The translations under genes and the position numbers were made by a program. A model generated the notes under the pieces. The model was not told the DNA's origin. It saw nothing but the letters and a program-made list of their open reading frames with translations, and ran no database searches. A DNA stretch of 64,000 bases from Felis catus (Eukaryota), in NCBI RefSeq assembly GCF_018350175.1, contig NC_058382.1, positions 61,320,001 to 61,384,000 of the forward strand. The letters run 5' to 3'. Below are positions 57,201 to 64,000 of this stretch, piece after piece (within the stretch, counting starts at the first letter, position 1; each line of letters starts with the position of its first letter).

Positions 57201-58309
57201 CATGACCTCTCTGTGCCTCAGTCCCTTCACCTGTAAAACACAGCTCATAAGAGGACCTACTTCAGAAACTGCTGTGAGCTGGAAGTCACCGTCGTCATTA
57301 CTCTGGGCTCAGAATGATGTCTGACACAGAACGAGCAACTATCCACCCGCCCCTGCCCGTAGCTGGGTTCATGAGGTATTTTAAGCGGGGGACAAAGCAA
57401 TGGAACCAGTGCAATAGCGTTTTGTAACAATTCTGCGGCAGTGCGATTATTCTAACTCTCCCTGCTCTATTGGGTACACGCACAGAAAGAGACCTCTCTG
57501 TAGTGCCTCAACAGAAGCCTGAAAGGCTGTGCCTCAAACCTGTAACCCCAGGGAGGGGGCTGGGAGACACAACCCTGGAGGCAAGAAAGCACTTCTGCTT
57601 TCGTCTTGTGTGACGTAAGACAACCTTGGCATTTCGCAAGCTCTGTGCAACCCTTGGAAGCTTAAGTTTAAGAGGATGTTGTGGCCGACATCAGAAATGC
57701 TAATTCTTCAGCGTTCTGACTGATAAGGTTCTGTGCAGGGGAAACTGCGTATCTGAACCTTCACCTCTGGGACAGACTCTGCCTTTTGTCTTCTTTCTCC
57801 ATTCTCTCCTTCCTGGTCTGTTGCACGAGCCAGCCAGCAGCTCAGACTCTCCACGGTGGACGGTGGAAGCGTGTCTCCCTTTTCCTTCCTTGAAAGAGGC
57901 GTCGAGTACTCACCACCCTCCTGGCTGAGCTGTCAATCCATGAAAGCTCTGTAACATGTTCTGACTGCTTTTGACCCTGACCACTTCTCTTCCTGAACCA
58001 CACATCTAATTCTTTTGCTCTGGCCCTAACACAGACATTCTCTGCCTTCTAGAAGGGCTTTTCCACAGACATGTTAAATACCTGGATGTTTTCTTCCTTC
58101 TAGAGAAACCTGATGTAAAGGTAAACTCAAGCAAGAAGAAAGCTGTCATTCCACAGATCATCATCACTAAAGCCTCACAAGAGACTCTAACCAGCTACGG
58201 TTCCATCAGAAGTGAAGAGCAGAGAACCATTCAGGAGCAGGCTGAATGGGGCCCCTACTACCGACACAGAAACCCTAGCACAGTAGACGCCTATGGTTTA
58301 CGAGAATAA
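48185..58309 (+). CDS. SPATA33: Spermatogenesis-associated protein 33, spliced CDS 408 nt, 135 aa
   Basis: Exons 48185-48221, 48557-48721, 58104-58309 (phase 1/1). MGLSKSKHKPRKGEEQK...KKKAVIPQIIITKASQETL...EQRTIQEQAEWGPYYRHRNPSTVDAY; head-to-head with CHMP1A as in human. Confidence 0.93.
48557..48721 (+). CDS. SPATA33: SPATA33 exon 2
   Basis: GEEQKGRVCSVPKAKERPMGRHSQESEKPPDTKPAESLHGKRGAAKRQWPSSEVE; tttcag| and |gtaagg. Confidence 0.9.
50300..50570 (+). mobile_element. Old L1M 3'-end fragment
   Basis: ctatttatgtgaagtgtccgggaaaggcaaattt...ggtgaattttatggtatgtaaattatacc. Confidence 0.7.
51590..51902 (+). mobile_element. Old MLT1-like LTR, 3' part
   Basis: gaattcccgaccctcaaaattgtgagaaaataaaacggttg...aagctgctacgggttggggtaagttgtcatgtagcagcggtaactaga. 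Confidence 0.6.
52155..52815 (-). mobile_element. MLT1A-like LTR interrupted by a CAN-SINE (-, 52369-52590)
   Basis: ggctgctgtaacaaaatgccatagactg...caaacattcagtccatagca; TSD attgctgtgt at 52301 and 52593. Confidence 0.85.
53200..53630 (+). mobile_element. Old L1M 3'-end fragment
   Basis: catgctgtaggattccatttatata...gaccagtggttgccagag...gttaccattggaggaaactgggtgaaaggtatatgggact. Confidence 0.75.
53641..54264 (+). mobile_element. Three + strand CAN-SINEs (53641-53741 short, 53746-53955, 54044-54264)
   Basis: SINE heads and A-tails; third copy has TSD aagaccttact. Confidence 0.9.
54453..54880. mobile_element. CAN-SINE (+) with a young felid SINE (-, 54641-54849) inserted in its tail
   Basis: TSD tcaaaataaataaacttt at 54626-54643 and 54850-54867; host TSD agaa(g/a)tgactaca. 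Confidence 0.93.
55159..55680 (+). mobile_element. MaLR (MLT1-like) solo LTR
   Basis: Starts tgtggtaggcgggattct; ends ttttaagcc...aaatttgtggtgatttgttagacagtaattgaaaactagtaca. Confidence 0.75.
58104..58309 (+). CDS. SPATA33: SPATA33 exon 3 (coding part)
   Basis: EKPDVKVNSSKKKAVIPQIIITKASQETLTSYGSIRSEEQRTIQEQAEWGPYYRHRNPSTVDAYGLRE*; acceptor ttcttccttctag. Confidence 0.95.
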
Positions 58310-59350
58310 ACAAGTGCCCCGAGGAGCTGTCGATTTTCACTGTGCTGAGTCTCAGCGGTGACGGCAGAAGGGCCACCTGCCCTGTGAGAAGCTGCAGCTG
58401 CCCCTTCGGGGAATGAGGTCCCCCAGTGACCACCTCGGGCTCACCTGCCCCAGAGCTGCTGGCAGCTTGGCAGAGGGCAAGAGTGCCTCTGGCCCAGAGA
58501 GTGAACTCTGCGGCAACGAGCGAATCAGTAACCCTCTGGTGTCACTGCCGGTGCAGAGTGATGAACGAATGGCAGGCAGCATGTCCCAGTCTCTTGCTGG
58601 GCAATTTAAAATCCTTCCCATTCACTTCCGAAGGGGTGTGGCATAAGTACTCGGCAGTTACGGTGAACGAGACGTCCCCCACACTTGGACAAAAGGTTGG
58701 ACTCTGAGGACTCCACTTTAAGGTGTCACATCCCAGAACAGGGACGTGCACAGTCACCCTGCGGGGCCCACGGGCTCCGAGCTTGACTGTAAGCTGATGC
58801 CGAGTATTAAAGGATCCAGACGAAGAATGTGGAATTGGGGTGGGGGCACCCATGGCACGTAGAACTTGGGCAGTGGCCTTGCCAGAGCTGCCATGGGACG
58901 GGGGGAGGGGAGCTGACAACGTCCCCTCTTTCTGGCTGTGCATGAGGGGTCCCAACAGGAGTGGCTGTTCAGGGAAGCCCTGCTGGCGTTCCCTCACAAC
59001 TGGCAGCTCACGGGTCAGGCTCCACTCTCCTCCAGAGTGGCTGCAGGGAACACCCTGCCCTGTCTGGTCCGACACAGTCAGTCTCGTAACAGTATGTGTT
59101 CGTCTCCTTGGTTGCTAGAACGGTCAGCAGGCTTTACACTTGGTCTTTATGTCTCTATCAAAGATTTTATGTTTCAAGCAACCTCTACACCCAGTGTGGG
59201 GCTCAAACCCACAACCCCGAGATCAAGAATTGCACGCTTCACCTACTGAGCCAGCCAAGCACCCCTCTGTCTCTGTGTGTTGATGAGAATCATACCCCTT
59301 TAGTATTAAATAGTACAACTGACTTCCAGTTTCAGTGTAAACCCCAACAT

Positions 59351-59356
59351 AATAAA
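59351..59356 (+). terminator. SPATA33: Candidate distal SPATA33 polyA signal
   Basis: AATAAA ~1 kb after the stop (ATTAAA also at 59305). Confidence 0.45.
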
Positions 59357-59552
59357 TCTCATACTGACATTGTTTAACAACACATTATTAACATCATTAC
59401 TTGTATTCATTCAATACGTTTACTTACCCATCCTGTCACAGCTAAGTGTGTGTACAGAAGAATCAAGCCCATGCAAATGTGGACTTGACCGCACTGGGCC
59501 AGCACACCTACCTTCTCCCTAAAATTTCTAGTACCCAATAATTTCTATTTAA

Positions 59553-59770
59553 GGAGCGCCTGGGTGGCTCAGTCCGTCAAGCGTCCAACTTCAGCTCAGG
59601 TCATGATCTTGACGGTCTGTGGGTTCAAGCCCCACGTCCGGCTCGGTGCTGACAGCTCAGAGCCTGGAACCTGCTTCAGATTCTGTGCTTCCCTCTCTCA
59701 CCGCACCCTCCCCACTTCCGCTCACACTGTTTCTCTCTCAAAAATAAACATTAAAAATTAAAAAAAAAAA
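59553..59770 (+). mobile_element. Felid CAN-SINE
   Basis: Head gcgcctgggtggctcag, polyA, TSD-like tctattt. Confidence 0.9.
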
Positions 59771-60399
59771 TCTATTTGACCTAGAAATTGCCCTCTTCCT
59801 ACCCCTGCCCTGAGAATCTCAAACAATCTAAAAACTATACCTACCAAGGCACTATTTCTAATTTCGTTATTAGCTAGAAGCTTAGCTTATGAATGATTAA
59901 AAAGGGGCTGGAATGAACTGAACATGATAATTAGTTTAAACTAAAATGATTCTAAGTTATGATTAATTTCATGATTACCAAATGTCCTTAGCCTATATTA
60001 ATACTAGCATTTACAGTGTAGTCCCATGCACGGAGGCCTTTCCTGGAACCCTATTTAATGCTCCACCCCCGCGCCCGGCACGTCCCACTCACTGCCCTGC
60101 CTCAGTTTTCTCTTTAGCACGCGTAACTCTCGGGCCGTCTATTTACTTACCTCGTTTGGCTGCGTCCCACTAGAATGGAGGGTCCACGAGGGCAGAGCCT
60201 GACAGGGCCCAACACGTAGTGGGTGCTCCACACTCGTGGGTCAGGGGACGTCCGTCGCAGCGTCCCATCCATTCTTGCCTTCGACACCCTTCTGACGCGC
60301 CCTCCGCTCCCTGACCCCCGTAGGTCCAGCCCAAGCCCCTCCCGGCGTAGCTCCAGATCGGCCCTCGCGAGCTCCAAGGGACTCCCCAGCCCCTCGGAC

Positions 60400-61080
60400 T
60401 TCGCCCTCCCCCTCCTCCCGCAGGCGTTCCTCAGCGCCCCAGCCGGCTCAGGTGCCCGCGCTTAAAACTAAAATAAGGCCCAAACCTCGGTGCTGCGAGG
60501 AGACAGCAGCAACCGACGTCCTCCAGGAGCCTTTGGGAGGCTTCCGGGAAAACCTTTGCTAAAGTGGGCGTGTCCCGGAAGTAGAACAAGCGCCAGCGCG
60601 CGAGAACCTCGTTTGCGCCTGCGCACACGGGGAGCAGGGCGCCGCGGTCGGCATGGGGGACCCGGAGTCAGAGCCTGAGCAGATCCGTTTGAAGTGTATC
60701 CGTAAGGACGGCTATTTCACGGTGCCTCCAGAACACAGGGTGCGACGGGGGGCCGCTCGCCGTAGCTCCGCCGGGGGCAGGGCGGGACCGAAACGCCCTG
60801 GAGCCCCTTAGTGTCGCGCTGAAGCGTTGAGGTTGCCGCCGCCGCGGCCGGGAACGACACTCCCAGAGTTCCTCGCGGCCGGCGCGGAAACCGGCGGCGA
60901 TGCTCCGGGGCCGAGGGCCTGGGCTGGTGGCGGACCGCGGGGCCAGTCGCGCTCCGCCGAGGGACGGGCGGGCTGTCAAGCAGCCGGCCTCCTCTGGAAG
61001 AACAGGCTCTGGGCTCTACCGCGGGCGTCCCTTCGTTTTGCGCCGGGGCCGGGCTTTGCGGGCTGACCCGGGAGCCCCTT
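60400..61080 (+). promoter_or_regulatory. CDK10: CDK10 CpG-island promoter
   Basis: CpG-dense; ETS CCGGAAGT 60575-60582; NRF1-type TGCGCCTGCGCA 60614-60625. Confidence 0.85.
60653..60739 (+). CDS. CDK10: CDK10 exon 1 (coding part)
   Basis: 87 nt, donor agg|gtgcga. Confidence 0.93.
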
Positions 61081-64000
61081 GTGTCAGGGGGGAGTTGGCC
61101 CGTGGAAAGAGTTGGAGGCGTGGTCTTCCTTGGCTTTAAATGGATGTGGCCGGGCCCCGCTTGACACCCGGCAGCTTCCATTTGTGTCTTGCTCTGTGGG
61201 AGGCTTCTACGTGTGTTACTGTCATTTAGTCCTCTCGGCGACCCTTTATAAAGGTGAGGAAAGTGAAGCTTAGGGGTGTGGAGTGGTTTTACCAAGGGAG
61301 ACGGCTCGTGCAGGTGCAGGTTTGAACCCTAGTGTTTTAACTACTTACTGGTGCTGAGAAGCCGGAAAGCGTCATTAGCACACTGGCGGAGTGCGCACCT
61401 GGGGCCACCTGGAGCAGTCGCTGGCGGTTACACATCACTCACACACACAGCAGGTGCGCGCAGCTTTCCGAGTACGGTGCAGGAGTGAGGGGAAACCTCT
61501 CGGAGGGGAGCTGGGACATACCCAGATGAGGACAGAGTACACAATAGTAGGTGCTTCAAGATATGAAAGTATCGGGATTTTAGGGAAAGAACTGTTTGCA
61601 GCTGGGGGAAATTTTTTGTAAAAGAAATTTGCGTGGAGGCGCCTGAGTGGCTCAGTCAGTTAAGCATGGGACTTTGGCTCAGGTCATGATCTCATGGCTC
61701 ATGTTCCAGAGCTGCCGCGGGCTCTATGCTGACAGCTCAGAGGCTGGAGCCGGCTTCGGATTCTGTGTCTCCCTCTCTCACTCTGCCCGTCCCCCACTCA
61801 TGCTTAGTCTGTCTGTCTCTCTCTCTCCTTCAAAAATAAACAGTAAAAAAGAAAAATCTGTACAAAGGTGGTGTTTCTGCCAGGCTAGTAAGTGTGACTA
61901 GGATGTTGACATGCAGAGACAAAGAGGCCTGGCATGCCAGATTTAGAGAGTGGCAGACGCAACCTCACGGAGATAAGAGACACAGTGTGACTAGGAAGCA
62001 CCAGGGGTTCCCCCAGGAGAGAGGATGTGAGAAATCACTGGTGGGCAGAGGAGGCTGAGGTGAGATCATGGAAGGGCTCAGTCTGGGTGATTCTGACCTG
62101 GCTCCAGAGGTGGTGGGAAGGGAGGAGATGGAAGGCAAGGGCTGGGAAGAGAATAGAGGCAGCAAGGCCAGAGAGAGACTGTTAGAATTTGAAACTTGCC
62201 ACATGTGCTTCCTGGACCCAAAGAGACATGCCCATTCGGCCCACCTACCAAAGTACTGCATTACAAAGGTGCATCAGGATACAGGCTCTCTGCTAGGACA
62301 GGAACCCCTAAATATAGTGGCTTAAGTACAGGACTTTCTTTCTCCCTCCCCTAGCTTTCCAGAGAGAGGCAGCTGTTTTCCACGAGGTGGACTCAAGCTG
62401 TCTGCCTTGTAGATCTACATCCACGTCATTCAAACCCCACCCTGCTTCAGGAGCAAAAAGGAGTGGGTGGCAACCAACTTCCTTTGACCGGGAAGTCCCT
62501 TTGAGGCCTTGGTCCTTTCTGCTCACATCCCATTGGCCAAAATTGAGTCAAATGGACAGACCTAGCTGCAAGGGAGGCTGAGAAATCCAGCTACCAACAG
62601 GTTGGCCTCACGCCACTGGACAGTGTTTCCTAACTAGAAAAAGTACAGCGTGGATGTTGGGGATGGCTCGTCTCTGCCACAGATGAGTTTCCACTGCGTT
62701 TGATAGATAGATGCTTTGTGAGGATCTAGGAGCTTTGTCCATCTCCAAAGCATAATTTAGACCAATGCTGCTCACTATTCCTCTTGCGATTGTGGAAATG
62801 TTGCTTTCTGACTCGTCCAGTGTGGTTACCGTGAGCCACATAGCAGTGTGGAGCACGACACACATGGCAAGTGAGGAAATGAAATACTAATTTTAATTAA
62901 TTTTAACCATCCATGGCCAGTGGTTATTGTTTCCAGGCAGCCTACATCTGGACCGTGGGATTGGAAGGGAACAGGCTATCTGTGATGATGCATTCGAGGT
63001 GCCTGCTCACCCAGTAACATCGTCCCCCTTTGCTCACTTGAAAAGCCCAAGTGCGTGGTTGTCTTTCTGTTTGGTGAGCAAGACACGAGTAAGCTCCCTG
63101 GTACAAATTAAATGTGAAATGTCCACCTTTAGTTGTTCGTTAGCTGGCCAATCCCTGCACTGCCAGCACCTCTGTCTTTCAGTTGGGACGGTGCCGGAGT
63201 GTGAAGGAGTTTGAGAAGCTGAACCGCATCGGGGAAGGCACCTATGGCATTGTCTGTGAGTGGCCAAGATGGGAGGTCTGGGGTTCAGGGGACTGTCCCA
63301 GCAGTTGAGGAACTTAACACCCATTGCTCCACAGCCAGGGCAGAATTTCTACAAGTGAACTAGGATCTGTGGTGTATTTGCCATAAATTCCACACCATGT
63401 CTGAATAAATGTAATTTATTCAAATTGCATTTGCAACCCTGACCTGCAAGTTGGGGCAACTGTTACAGCAAAATGCAGAACTTCCAGAAGCAGCCGGGGC
63501 TGCAGCCTGTGGCAGCTGAGATGTTGGTATACCTTATACTACTGGGGTTCGGAAGCTGCGCACTTTAGCACAGGGCTTTGAGGAGCCTCCTTGGCACAAT
63601 ATAAGGGATTTTTTTCCTGGAAAAAGTATCTTATTTGCTGTTAGAACATAGTAACAACAGAGAGCAGAGCAGTTACCCACGTCCTGACTCTAAGGAGAAA
63701 CACTGAGAGGGAGCCTGTTGTAAGTAGCACCCTCTACCCAGGTTAGATGAGAGGACTCCCCCAGAGAGCCTGTGTCTGGTGGGGATGCGGGCGCTGCTTG
63801 CATGGTGAGGACCTAGTGTCAATGGGCATCCAGTTATCGAAGAAGGGAAAGGGAACCCGCAGGGTTCTGAACGAGGCCCCTGTGTGGCACAAGGGTGGGT
63901 GATGTGGGATCAAGCCTCTTTGATCATTCCATCATGGATGAGTTTCCATTCCAGATAGGGCCCGGGACACCCAGACGGATGAGATTGTTGCCCTGAAGAA
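60653..64000 (+). CDS. CDK10: Cyclin-dependent kinase 10, 5' part (partial)
   Basis: Exons 60653-60739, 63183-63255, 63955->64000: MGDPESEPEQIRLKCIRKDGYFTVPPEHR/LGRCRSVKEFEKLNRIGEGTYGIV/YRARDTQTDEIVALK (G-loop and catalytic Lys). Confidence 0.96.
61636..61856 (+). mobile_element. CAN-SINE in CDK10 intron 1
   Basis: ggcgcctgagtggctcagtcagttaagc...(CT)n...A-tail. Confidence 0.88.
63183..63255 (+). CDS. CDK10: CDK10 exon 2
   Basis: LGRCRSVKEFEKLNRIGEGTYGIV; tttcag| and |gtgagt. Confidence 0.96.
63955..64000 (+). CDS. CDK10: CDK10 exon 3 (truncated by window)
   Basis: (Y)RARDTQTDEIVALK after ttccag acceptor. Confidence 0.94.

Overview
Mammalian genomic DNA from a cat-family carnivore: it carries abundant felid-type CAN-SINEs and carnivore L1, and is GC-rich. 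The gene order matches human 16q24.3 / mouse distal chr8: last exon of CPNE7 (+), a ~22-30 kb repeat-rich interval, complete DPEP1 (+, 10 coding exons, 410 aa), complete CHMP1A (-, 7 coding exons, 196 aa), complete SPATA33 (+, 3 coding exons, 135 aa, sharing a bidirectional CpG-island promoter with CHMP1A), and the first three coding exons of CDK10 (+, cut off by the window end). Exon boundaries were placed by hand using GT-AG sites and phase continuity. I found no prokaryote-type system and no clearly new biological system. The most notable observations are: a single TGA closes the CHMP1A alternative (PRSM1/HELGH) frame; a SINE carries an apparent 3'-transduced tail; the SPATA33 stop codon sits inside AATAAA; the CPNE7 C-terminus appears extended; and no Sult5a1 is visible where rodents have one. 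Comparisons to human/mouse sequences and repeat consensi are from memory and need alignment.
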